A stretch of 63,408 nucleotides of DNA, counting the filler, from Reticulomyxa filosa (Eukaryota; Protista; Foraminifera): the NCBI GenBank assembly GCA_000512085.1. It is 19 parts of 19 records of this genome, joined end to end, with 100 filler letters (N's around TTAATTAATTAA, not from the genome) between each part and the next. Parts side by side here need not be neighbours in the genome. Positions count along the whole stretch, not along the records: positions 1 to 4,937 come from ASPP01040228.1; positions 5,038 to 6,103 come from ASPP01037491.1; positions 6,204 to 7,307 come from ASPP01048399.1; positions 7,408 to 11,284 come from ASPP01023943.1; 15 more parts are not named here. One strand, given 5' to 3'. The position numbers and the translations under genes are program-made. The notes beneath the pieces are model-generated. The model was not told where the DNA came from, did not search any database, and saw only the letters and a list, made by a program, of their open reading frames with translations. Below, piece after piece: positions 1 through 11,384 of this stretch (within the stretch, counting starts at the first letter, position 1; each line of letters starts with the position of its first letter).

Positions 1-120
1 ATAAGAAAATTAATAAATAAATATTATTTGCAATTGATTCAACACTCGACACGCTACGGATATTGCGCTTGCTTTTTTTTTTTTTTTGGTCAAAATATCG
101 ATGGCGGGGGGTCATTATAG

Positions 121-1033
121 GGACATAAAAGAAAGTATACGTCGATGGGCATGCCCGGGTCAAGTGTGGTCGTCTCCCCGCGATCGATGGAACCGAGTGC
201 GTCTGGTGCATTTACAATGACAAATGCACTCAACTCGGATCTCAATCACAAGGCATATCGTAAAAAAGGCAAAAACGAAAGTATTTACTTTCAGCCTTCG
301 CTTCCCCCTAGGTCTCATCACAGTTCAATGATGACGCAATGTGCTTTGCCCAAACACTTTGACGAAAACGCGAGTCTACATCATGACCGCGGATCTTTCA
401 AGCATCGACCCAAAAACAATACCAAGTCGATTTCGAGTCTTGGCGAAAATTTTGAGGACGATATTTCGTGGAAAATGACGGTAAGATGGTCGAAACTGAT
501 CAAATCGCACACTGGTTTTAAGTGGGATGACCAAACTATCAAGACGAAGTGATATTCACTGCCAATGAGGTCGTATTTACCAATCTCAAAGACGTTACTC
601 AAAGTACGTTTAAACACATTTACATGTATGTGTCTTGTATTCGCTTTGTCTTGTGTGGTAGGTATTTTGGCACTCACCGCCTCATTTGCAAATATTGCTC
701 TACTTTTCTTTCTTTGAGTAGGCGAGGTATATTCATCTCGTGATCTGGACAAATACCAATTCAATGCTGAGAACAATGCTTTTTATATGCTCTTCAAAGA
801 TGGATCCAAATTTAAGCTATACTTGCAGGCAAAGTTGAGTACTCCAAAAAATGTTTGTTTGCGAGTGTTGGTTGTGCCCTTGTTGGTTGTGCCCTTGTTA
901 AAATGAAAAGAGCAATTGAACGAAAAGTCATACTGTGTTCAAATTAACTACCCATTTTCAATCAACAACAAAAAACATACATAGAGCGCAAGCAGATCAA
1001 TTGCTGTACAAGCTGAGTAATTGGAAGAGATAA
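121..1033 (+). CDS. 3' part of a spliced gene ending in a PH-like beta-rich domain plus C-terminal helix
   Basis: Manual splicing: an exon from ~121, one missing base near 532 (CAA-[A]AC), introns ~604-721 and ~834-984. This gives ...WKMTVRWSKLIKSHTGFKWDDQNYQDEVIFTANEVVFTNLKDVTQSEVYSSRDLDKYQFNAENNAFYMLFKDGSKFKLYLQAKAQADQLLYKLSNWKR*. The fold call is inference. Confidence 0.5.
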
Positions 1034-1744
1034 TAATTAACTGGGTGTCATAGACTTGATGTTTATTGGTAAAAATGTTAGTAGTGTTTACGAGATTATT
1101 GTTTTTTTTGTTTGTATTTCGGATTGATTTTTATTTTTTTATTTTTATTTTTTTTTGACTTCATTTTTGGATTGCCGCTTTTTGGCCATAGTGAAGATAA
1201 AAGAAGAGACGCATTTGAATTCAACGGTTTTTTTGCAGTTTGTTTCAAAACTCCCATTTGAACTCTTTTTCTTCCTTTTTTTTTCGTTTATTTCTTTATC
1301 CTTTCCTTTACTTTTCCTTTGGTTTGTGCTTGAGTGGCATATTTTTTTTTTTCCTTTTGGGTAGGTGTGTGTGTGTTTTTGTGAATTGACGCACAAGTTA
1401 CACACCAACCGATGTTGTCATTTTTTCGCCCCCTCCTGTGTTTAATTTTTTTCTTGTTTTTTACTCCTTGCAACAATTTGTCGACTCTGTTAATTTCTCT
1501 CCACAAACCATCGAAATGTAGAAATGTAACTTTCTCAATTTAATATCTTTGTTTTAATCCCAAGCGCGATGCATTCTCTTAAAAAAAAAAACATATATGT
1601 CGAAATGATGATCGGTTCACAAAAGAAAGGGACCGAAAAACAAATTTAAGCCAATAATAAAAAATTTGTGGATAGTAAAATGTGGAGGAAAATGATGTTA
1701 CATGTTTAGTGGGATGTGAGAGAGGTATAATTGAAACAATCAAG

Positions 1745-2665
1745 TCAATTATTACCGACTTTTGTAGCATTTTGCTCTAAGTTAGTAGAACAACTTATTA
1801 GGATGACTGTGGAAGTGCTTCTGTACTTTTGCTCCTCCTGAGACTGTATCTCAGGAAGTTTTACACCTGCATATCTCCAATTTTCAATCAATTCTCGTTT
1901 CAGTATCAGTGGTGGGGTGCGTAACGACTCCCACTAAATATTTTTTTTGGATAAGCCCCCACCCGTCCATGTGTAGAAAAGACTGGCATTTGGTTTTCTT
2001 TCATTTATACAGCATAAAGTAAAGGTAAAGAGATGAGAAACAAACGAAACTGGATCCGATGGGTTCCTTTGAAGAAAATGATTTGCGATGGAAGGATAGG
2101 GTGGATGTCCACATGTGACCATCTGCTTGTGTGCTTGAACTACTTCATTGCAAATGCCAAGTTCCTTCTATAATTTAGTCAAACGTGTGTACACATCGAT
2201 AGAGGGCTATCACATCCTTTTTTTTCTAAATGTGCACATATTCAACATACCTCACATTGTTCGGAGACATTCATCGAATCAATAACAATTCCTGACAACC
2301 CAAACACAAAAAATGGGGAGATTCGAACCATCATTGGGCGTTTTGCAGAAATCAGACTGCTGACAAGCGCTCCTACTACAAGTCCATATCCTTGCCAGAT
2401 CATATATTTCGGGTCCATACCATAGCCAGTGTGACAAATAACTTTTTCCTTTTTTGTTCCACCCAACCAATTTTTTTTTTTTTGAGCAATTTATTTTATT
2501 TTTATTTGTGAAGAAACTAAACAGTGCAAGTGTCAGTTAAAAAAATAATAAGTTTGGAAAAGTTTTGTAAACATGATATGTTAAATCAATTCCCATTCGA
2601 TACGTGGGATCATCACTTATGTAAACTGGCTTCTTTATCAACCATTTCGACAAATTTCCGCCCAT
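1745..2665 (-). CDS. Four-exon 198-aa hypothetical membrane protein, N-myristoylation-like start, two hydrophobic segments
   Basis: Exons 2665-2573, 2448-2251, 2167-2051 and 1933-1745, all with phase-0 GT-AG introns, join into one open frame: MGGNLSKWLIKK...ICHTGYGMDPKYMIWQGYGLVVGALVSSLISAKRPMMVRISPFFVFGLSGIVIDSMNVSEQCEKELGIC...KVGNN*. Confidence 0.75.
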
Positions 2666-4407
2666 GATTCGGAGGTTTTTTTATTTTCATTCAAAACTCT
2701 CAAGGATTCTCACCACGTGACACAAAAGCTTTTAACACTCAGTTGCTGACATACTGTTTCGAGTACGGTAACCTACTTTGACAATGTATTCAAAAATCAC
2801 ACAACATAGTTTTCAATTGCTACCAAAAAGGAAAACAGATTAACCACAGTAAAATATTTCATCATTTTTATTTCGCCCAAAATTACTTGTATAAAACAAT
2901 AAGGTAGATTATCATTAAAGATTTTCTTTCATGACTTAAAAAATCTTGCAAATTATCATTTGTTTCGTTGCAAGTTTTTTTGAAAGAAAAGAAAGCTCAA
3001 ACACGTTTCATTGTGCTAAAAGAAAATATTAGAAGACATGATTGGAATGACAAAGTGGAGAATTGAGAGAAATGGACTGTAGGGCAGGGCCATAACAATG
3101 TAAATGTGAGTTCCTTCAAAACGAAATTGCATTTCTTGGACAAGTGATAGCATCAAATGGTGTCTTCGCAAATCCAAGTTATACAATAGAATGCAAAGTA
3201 AAGTTGACAACTAAAACGGCACCTTATAGAAATGATTGATTTTCTACATGAAAAAACAACATTCAGACCTAATTTTTAAAAAATATATACAAATTGTATA
3301 TTTTTTAAATATAATTTTGGTTTTTTATTAAATATTTACTAATTGTTTAAAAAATTTGAAAGAGAAAAGATTGTAGGAGGAATGCAAAGCGCAGTTTATC
3401 TCATCTAATTCGAATATATGAGCATTTGTTGTAAATTAGTCAAATTGCCAATCTCCAGTAAGTATTTTTTTTTTCATTCGTAAACAAAACACAAAGTATC
3501 GAAAGATGTGCAGATTGGATTTAGATATCAATAGTTTAAACTGATCAAATTTTCAATTGTGTCTGGTATAGTATCGAAAAAAAAAGTTTGTCAGAACAAT
3601 CTTCTTTATGTTGGCTTGTTGTTTATCTCAGTTCGTTTCTTTTAAATAATTTAAAAATAATAGTTTCAATTTGTCAAATGAATGAATGAAATAACAACAC
3701 AAATGCATTTTGTTGGTAGTACATTACAAGCAAATAAACATATTATAAATAATTGATCAATTCTGACACACAAATTATTCATTTCCTGCTATCGATCAAA
3801 TTTTTTTTACAAACTTTTTTGAGTCAAGCAAGTATAGCCTTTCAAGCAATATTTCATTTTGTTCGTGTTTGTCCGCATAATCTTTTGTGTTTGCACAATG
3901 TGCTTACGTATATCTTTTTTCCATTGTTGGCAGAAATTGTAAATACGTAAATCGTTTTCGTGTTCCTGTCACATTATTTTTTTTAGTTTGATTGACATTA
4001 AAGTACTTTGATCAGACAAAAAACTTAAAAAAATAAATTTTTTTTTAGACATACTTTGCAAAATTATTTTGCAAATCGTTTTCTATTATCGACAAAAAAT
4101 ATTTTTTAAGACTGTTTTTATTGTACATAATCCAAAAATGTAAATATTTTTTTTGAAGTCCGAAAAGTGCTTCTGTTGAAGAAGTATTCGTCATGGTAGC
4201 ACTTTTTTTTGAGGATTTGATCAAAAGGAAAAGACGTTGTATGTGTACATCTAGTCGTAAACAATTTTGGAAAATTTACCAAAAAATCTTTTTTTTGTGC
4301 AATGGACCATAATTGACAAATAAGTCGTAAAAAAATTGGACTATTTTTTGACTCCTGCATCAACTTAAAAACAGGAGCGAAACGTTTGTTTGATTACTTA
4401 GAAGAAA

Positions 4408-4520
4408 TTTTTGTGCATTAGATATTTTATGCATCAGCCAAATTGGTGTATTAATCAAATTTTTGAGCATTAGTCAATTATGTGCATCAGCCAAATTTTT
4501 GTGCACCAGCTACGTTTGTG
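4408..4520. repeat. Degenerate ~18-19 bp minisatellite, about 6 copies
   Basis: Units resembling TTTTGTGCATCAGCCAAA, e.g. ttttatgcatcagccaaa, ttatgtgcatcagccaaa, tttttgtgcaccagctac. Confidence 0.6.
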
Positions 4521-4937
4521 ATATAGAAATGCCTCAACTTTTTTTCTCGTTTGACTAAAGATTGATGCAACGTGTGTCAAGGTACAATATTGTAATTTTG
4601 TTCAAATGAAAGCTTGCAAAAAAAAAGTGAAAAAGCGTGATCGGTATAACATCAAAAAAATAGTTTTGTGATAAAAATTTACAAGTTTTTCAAAGCAAAA
4701 ATAACATTTTTTGGCCAAAGTTACTTATCACTCTTTTAGTGCTGAGTCTGTTACATAATTTCGCTATTCGTTTCACTCTTTCATGAAATTTTGAGGTTAA
4801 ACGCAGTGTAAGGATCGTTTTTACTTAATTACCAACGTTCTTTTGTTGGTTTTCTGCTGAAAGAGGTGCACAAAATGTAATACGAAGATTTCACTCTTCT
4901 GAGCAATTTAAAACAAAAAAACAATTAATTAAATAAA

Positions 4938-5037
4938 NNNNNNNNNNNNNNNNNNNNNNNNNNNNNNNNNNNNNNNNNNNNTTAATTAATTAANNNNNNN
5001 NNNNNNNNNNNNNNNNNNNNNNNNNNNNNNNNNNNNN
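4938..5037. other. Artificial contig spacer N44-TTAATTAATTAA-N44 (first of 18)
   Basis: Identical 100-nt spacers also at 6104-6203, 7308-7407, 11285-11384, 14948-15047, 19827-19926, 31729-31828, 34841-34940, 40987-41086, 42434-42533, 47544-47643, 48840-48939, 51854-51953, 53673-53772, 55628-55727, 57369-57468, 60504-60603 and 62021-62120. The palindromic 12-mer puts TAA in all six frames. Confidence 0.98.
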
Positions 5038-6103
5038 CTCTTTCACAAATAAAAAATGCATGAACTGGAATATTACAGCTCCTCAATTGTCGCAACTCAT
5101 CTTTAAAATACGTCGGATGAGAAAATAATTTTGTATGTTTCCAGTAATTCTCTCCATTTTTCCAGTAACTTTCAATATTTTTCTGATTGCTTTCTTCCTT
5201 TTCCCAATCTTCATTTTTTTTCGGGTAATTTTCTCCAATGTAAAACCAGGTTAATGGTTTCAACAACGTTTCAAAATACTTTTTCCCGTGTCTACTGTTT
5301 CTTCTCTTTTCTTCCACTTCCTTTCGGGTATTTGGTGGTGCATCACCAATCAAAATGACTTGAGAAACATCATATGTTTTAAGTTCTCTGTTGACGTAAG
5401 CTAAGGCAACCTCAATTGCCTCATTTCCATCCCCATAGAGTGGCTGTACTTTTTCCATAAAGCTACGTAGACCCTCAGGTTTGGATTCCCAAGGAGAAAT
5501 CTGCAAGAGCATATCCTCTGGTGCATTGTAATTTCGATAAACAGCAAATTGCATTTCAAAGTTATTGAGAGAGTTATTTTCCTCCAAAATGATATTGATA
5601 CGCTCAAACATAGTGCTTACAGCATGTTTGCTTTTTTGTAACAAGTGAGACATAGATCCAGTTGCATCCATAAGAACCATTGTACGTACACATTTTTCCT
5701 CGTTCATCCCCCGATTTTGTTGATATAAAATTTTCTTTACCGTAGCGACATCACTGTTTTTCACTGCTGTGATCAATGCCTCACTCTTTTTGTGCTGCCT
5801 TGCAGCATTTGCCACATATTTCTTGCTATCTTCATATTGTGTACTGAAAAAACGGTTTCGACTACTGTTGAGCAGGGGATAAAAACTCCCTTCTTTTCGT
5901 GCTTTTTCAATGTCATTTTTGGTAATCAAAAATCTTTCCAGTGCTTTTTCACACAAAACCAAACTATAAGAGCCACAACCCCCTTGCCTAGCAGTACGTC
6001 CTTTAATTTGCGTTTCTTCGGATAATTCTTCCGAAAGAAAGGCTTGAATCACATGTGGTCCACCATTAGAGGTAACAATTTGGTCATGACAGGCAAAGTC
6101 AGT
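5038..6103 (-). CDS. von Willebrand factor A (VWA) domain protein, internal fragment
   Basis: MIDAS-type VLMDATGSMS, FAVYRNY, GNEAIEVAL and VILIGDAPPN motifs; the contig is nearly all open frame and lacks both gene ends. Confidence 0.85.
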
Positions 6104-6203
6104 NNNNNNNNNNNNNNNNNNNNNNNNNNNNNNNNNNNNNNNNNNNNTTAATTAATTAANNNNNNNNNNNNNNNNNNNNNNNNNNNNNNNNNNNNNNNNN
6201 NNN

Positions 6204-6633
6204 GAACCCTTGTTCGACGATCCATCAGAACCACGATATTGACATCCATTGTATAAACTATCACTGAATTGGTAGTATCCAAGCAAATTGGGGCGATGTT
6301 ATGATGTGTAAGTTTGAACAACGATAAAGTGTTAAGTGATAGCAATCCGCTGTTTTCGAATGATCCCTTTTCAACAACAATCATCCAATACTGGAGATTG
6401 TCTGTGATGTTGCACATGTAAAATGTTTCGTGATAATTCAAATTATTCAAATTCTCCTTATCTATTATTATCTCACGAATCATTCGCAAGTGTTCCTGGA
6501 CGTACTCCAGGGGGTGTTTTCTCTGGCTCATTCTCAACAAGCTCTCTGTATCATCGTTTTTACTTTTAGAAGAAGGGAGAAAGAAAGAGATACACTCTTC
6601 CAATAAGCTTTTGAAAAACGCTTCTTCTGACAT
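6204..6633 (-). CDS. Hypothetical protein, N-terminal fragment
   Basis: ATG-initiated frame of about 143 aa running into the contig end; no motif recognised. Confidence 0.5.
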
Positions 6634-7407
6634 TTTTCTTTTTCAAAAGAAAAGGGGAATTTTTTGTTGTTGGTCCTTAAGTACTGACAACAAAAACTGT
6701 TTTGCAAAAACTTCTGAATTTGGAAAATCTTGGATATATCAAAATTTCTTGTAGTCAATTGAACTTAATTATATATATTTTTTTCAATTGATTGCACACA
6801 TAAATGAAATAAACGTACATAATATTACCATATTATTATGTGAATCGCATTTTTTATCGAAAAAAATTATGTTTAGTTTTTTATTGCTAGAATATGATAA
6901 TATGAAATCATTTCTAATTGTTTGTTGATGATAGTTTTGAGTACATTTGTAGAGACATAAATTGGGAAATAAACATCACTGCATTGAATTTCCAACAGAT
7001 TTATGTTGTTCTAAGTTGGTGCAAGGATAATGTATGACCATTTTTAGTTTTTCCAAAAATTTGAAAAAATTTGTTTTGCAACTTATAGGAGTAATTTCAA
7101 TTTGAATTTAAAAGAAAATTAGTCTTAAAATGGTTCAATTTTATAAAAAAAAAAATTACAATTAACAAAATGTTTTTAAAATACTAAAATTAGTTTTTCT
7201 TTTTCATAACATTGAGACTTGAGGGCCATGCGCACCTGGTTAGCCATTGATTCCAACGACAAGCAAAACAAAAGATGTATACGTTATAATGACAAAAAAA
7301 AAAAAAANNNNNNNNNNNNNNNNNNNNNNNNNNNNNNNNNNNNNNNNNNNNTTAATTAATTAANNNNNNNNNNNNNNNNNNNNNNNNNNNNNNNNNNNNN
7401 NNNNNNN

Positions 7408-7443
<36 letters not shown>

Positions 7444-8058
7444 GTCATGATAATTATCGTCATAATACATTGCATGACTACTTTCTTCTTGACCAACATG
7501 ACTTGCTTGCTTTTGCGCTGACAACGTCTGTATGGTGGAAGGGTGCACCACCATCCACGATTGCAAAGGGATCAACGCGGACTGCGAATAAAGAAAGAAA
7601 GGCTGTCCCATTACAACCGTTGGGGGAGCGGCAGTAGTGCCCGTCAACGGATTGATATTGTTTGGGTCTTTGTCGGAGCAATACGAAGGGTGTCTCCTTC
7701 CCCCTTTTGTCGTGGATGATAACGTTGACTTGCTTTCACAGTACACTTGAAACAATAATTCAAACGTCGGGGACACACATGTCATATGCACTTGTGCTTT
7801 ACTTCTGTGCTTGAAACACTCACTCTTCGTATCATACAAATACATCTTTGCGATAAATTTCATCTCCGACACCATTCCTGTCTTTGACACTGACGATTGT
7901 GTCTTCCTTCTTGTAGTCTTGTTGTTACTATTCCAAGACACCGACATTTGGTGTTTTCTGTTCACCTCATCTAATTTGCCTTTGTCCATTTTACAATGCA
8001 CGTTCTCTGTTTTTTCGTTGATGCTTTTGCAATCCTTTCTGATTGTCACTAGCACCAC
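7408..8058 (-). CDS. Hypothetical protein, N-terminal fragment with EVH1/PH-like segment and poly-Asn
   Basis: Open frame over 200 aa (likely start MDKGK at 7989); segment AKMYLYDTKSECFKHRSKAQVHMTCVSPTFELLFQV; ends in (AAT)n at the contig edge. Confidence 0.55.
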
Positions 8059-8760
8059 AAACCACTTATGCGAGTTTTTTTAAGCGTATCAATTTCACAA
8101 TAGCTTGATTTGACTATCTAAAATTCGTCAATTCAAGCAGTAAAAAAAACCACCGCTAAAAAAAAAAAAAAAAATCCAAGGTGGACAGTACTTGTGCACG
8201 AACGTGTAAGAAAATTAACAACTTGATACAGCAATTTTTTTTACCAGTCATTTTCTGACAGAAACGTAGCCAATCAGTATCTTATTTTTATTTCAATATC
8301 AGCAAGACTTTATAAACATGCCGAGTTCACTGTATTATCTCTCACCTATTTTGTAGTATTTACTTGCTCATACATATATATTATTTTTTAATCAGATTTA
8401 TGGTAAATATTTGTGTAAAATCTTTGATAAGCGTTCAGAAGATGTATTAAATGTCACGTCTAACTTAATTGAAGTTGTTAGATGGTAATGAAATATTATA
8501 TATTTTTCAATTCTATGTAATTACTCTTTTGCAAGACAGTAAAGATAGATTATTGTTTCACCACAGGTCTTCTTCGTTTTGTCCTAACTCATATGTTACA
8601 AAAGTTGTTAACAAAATACCCACTTATTCAAAATATAGGAGTATTTAATAACAAATTGGTTCTGATCAGCGCTTCGCTGTACAAACGTCAAAAGTTCCGT
8701 AACCAAAGAACTTTTTTTAATAGCAAGAAAAAACCAATAGATAAAGCCTTAAACAGAAAC

Positions 8761-10213
8761 ATGAAATATTTTAACCATTCTAACGGACCAACTAGTAAAC
8801 CTTCTTCTTTGCTAGTTCATGGAGCATTATTTGCAGCTCAAGTTTCGTATGGTTTTGGAAGTGTTGTGGCTCGGTTGGGATTACCAGCAGCTAATCCTGT
8901 TTTGTTTTCGTTTATTCGAGAAATAGTTTCAGGCCCTTTGCTCTGCCTACTTGCCTACTTTATCGCAAAGTTTTAACCATTTCTTTTTTTTTTTTTTTGG
9001 TGTATGTGAAACAAATGTGCATAAATTACGAATACTCTTAATCTGTGTACGTACGTGCAAAAAAAAAAAATAGACAAAATCCGTTGTCTTTGGCTCGAGA
9101 TTATGCATTGTTTTTGTACCCTGGACTGTGTATATTTGCGGCACAATTATTATATATAACGGGGCTGAAATTCAGTAATAATCCGTTTATAGCAGCCTCC
9201 TTTCAATTGTGTCAGCCTGTGTTTGGAGTGACTCTGGGGTATTGTTTGAAATTGGAGAGCGTGGACAAATTAAAACTATTGGGTATCTGCACTTCGGCAC
9301 TCGGTGCGTTATTTTTGATTTTTTATGATTCATGATCCACATTTACTTTGAAGATGCACAAAATCCGAGTGGCTCCAAAGCTGTTGCGATGGGTGACCAT
9401 TCATGGCTAGGCTCCATCTGTTTTCTGTTCGGCGTCACTGCCTCCATTATGTACCTGTTTACCAGCAAAAGGGCGTTGCGAATCTATTCTCCAATCACTG
9501 TCACCGGATATTCCTATGTGGCCGCGAGCATATTTATGGGTTTTGCTACTTTCTTGTTGCAATTCTCGCAAAGGTTTTTTTTTTTTTTTGCTTTCAACAC
9601 GAAATGGAGGAGAAACAACAGAGCCAGTCTGCAAAAACAAACTAAAAAAAGATGGAGTCTTTTTTAATACATAATTGATTTTGATATGTAATTTGTTTTT
9701 AAGTGTACGTATAAATATGCAATATGTATGTGTGTGTATGCAAGTGCAACCGACTTTATCTGCCACGACTGCCAAGATCCTTGGAGTGTACCAAGGGACG
9801 CGGTGCTTGCACTGGTGTACTTTATCCTGTTTCAGTCCATGTTTTCCTATTCACTAGTAACTTGGGCTAACAAATACACAGAGCCCAGTGTGAACATGGC
9901 TTACAACGCAGTACAGCCCATGGCCTCTGGACTTTTGTCGCAATTCCTACTTTGGTCTGGAGCTGTTCCCGTATGTGGCTCCACTGCGGAGACGGCGGAT
10001 CGCAGCCACCTCAAATGTTTTGAGAGTATTCACAGTGCTAAAAACTTTGGAGTCATTGCCATTGTTCTTGGACTATACTTTGTTGTTAAAAGTGAACAAT
10101 CCAAAAATGTTGTTCTCACTGAAAAAGCACAAACTCCCGAAGACCAACGTCATCACCCTGACTTCTTAATCGTTTCCAAACCTTTGCTTCACGCTGAAGA
10201 CGATTTGGCTTAA
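8761..10213 (+). CDS. Drug/metabolite transporter (EamA/DMT, WAT1-like), 3 exons
   Basis: Two EamA-like repeats: HGALFAAQVSYGFGSVVARLGLPAANPVLFSFIRE, LYITGLKFSNNPFIAASFQLCQPVF, LVTWANKYTEPSVNMAYNAVQP. Introns ~8970-9073 and ~9574-9743; one-base frameshift near 9330. Confidence 0.9.
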
Positions 10214-10913
10214 CATTTTTTGTGCCAATTCTTTATTGTCAAACGCGTGAAACAAACCCATTCTTTTTGTTGACAAAGTCTCTTTTTGTTGTTTTGCTTA
10301 CTTTTCAATAACGACAACTCCTTTTTATTTTTGATCAAAAGCATGTACATTCCAAGAAATAAAATGCTCCTTTTTGTTATTAAAAAAAAATAAGAATAAT
10401 CTGATAAAATTCAAAAGTGTATTAATATGTTGTGTACCGTTTCTTTTGAAGAATTAATTGGTTATATTTACTGCCAAGTGTCAAAAATGTCTGAGAGGGG
10501 AAAAAAAAGACATTTCAAGTTTTAGACTTGGGTTTTTTCTGCGTTCAGTGAACCAAAAAGTTTGGATAATTCGGTCAAGTACTTTTTTACAGCCGAACCA
10601 TCAGAATCTGGCCTCTTAACGTTGACTATCAACCAAAAGATGACAGGCCAGAGGATGAGCTATATAAAATCGCGGAATGCTATCTTAACCCCTTCAACCT
10701 CGAGTGTGTTTTTTTTGTCTTTGACGAAAGCTACAAAATTTTTTTTCCCCCCTCTTCGCCCCCTTTTTCATGTACCCCTTGTGGCCTCCCCCCCCTTAAA
10801 TCAGCCGAACAAAAGGGAATAAAGGAAGGAAAATGAAGCAAAGGAGTGACAAACGATAAAAACTAGGTGACAAAGCAAGCAGCAAGATCGGGTGGGCAGC
10901 AGCGGAGTCGTGG

Positions 10914-11284
10914 ATGGCGAATCACTGGAACATATTAGCATATATTGGCGGTGGTGTAGTAATCTTGATTATCGTCGCGGTGATCGCAACGGTTTGGTGG
11001 AAGCGACAGCAAAGACGGAACAAAAAGCTCGAGAAGTTGACAGTGCAGGCAATTAAGCCAGAAAACGCGACAGAGACGAACGAACCCGGCGTAACCAATG
11101 CAAAAAAAGGCAACAACCTTTTCGAAGTGGAAAAGGCCGAGGTTGGTGACCTTTTAATTATGTCCCCGAAGGGAACACAACAAATTGCTACCGACACTTT
11201 TGTGGAGTTGCAGCCAAACGTGGTTCCTGTGGACGCAGATCAAACATTAAAAAGAGGTTCAAAAAAAAAAAAAAAAAAAAAAAT
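10914..11284 (+). CDS. Single-pass membrane protein (N-terminal TM anchor), truncated by contig end
   Basis: MANHWNILAYIGGGVVILIIVAVIATVWW followed by basic stop-transfer KRQQRRNKK. Confidence 0.7.
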
Positions 11285-11384
11285 NNNNNNNNNNNNNNNN
11301 NNNNNNNNNNNNNNNNNNNNNNNNNNNNTTAATTAATTAANNNNNNNNNNNNNNNNNNNNNNNNNNNNNNNNNNNNNNNNNNNN

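Noticed and set aside
381-776. Minus-strand 131-aa ORF
   Set aside because: Antisense to a better-supported spliced + strand model, with an in-frame stop just upstream and no recognisable motif.
867-898. 15-bp tandem duplication ttggttgtgcccttg
   Set aside because: A simple slippage duplication inside a predicted intron.
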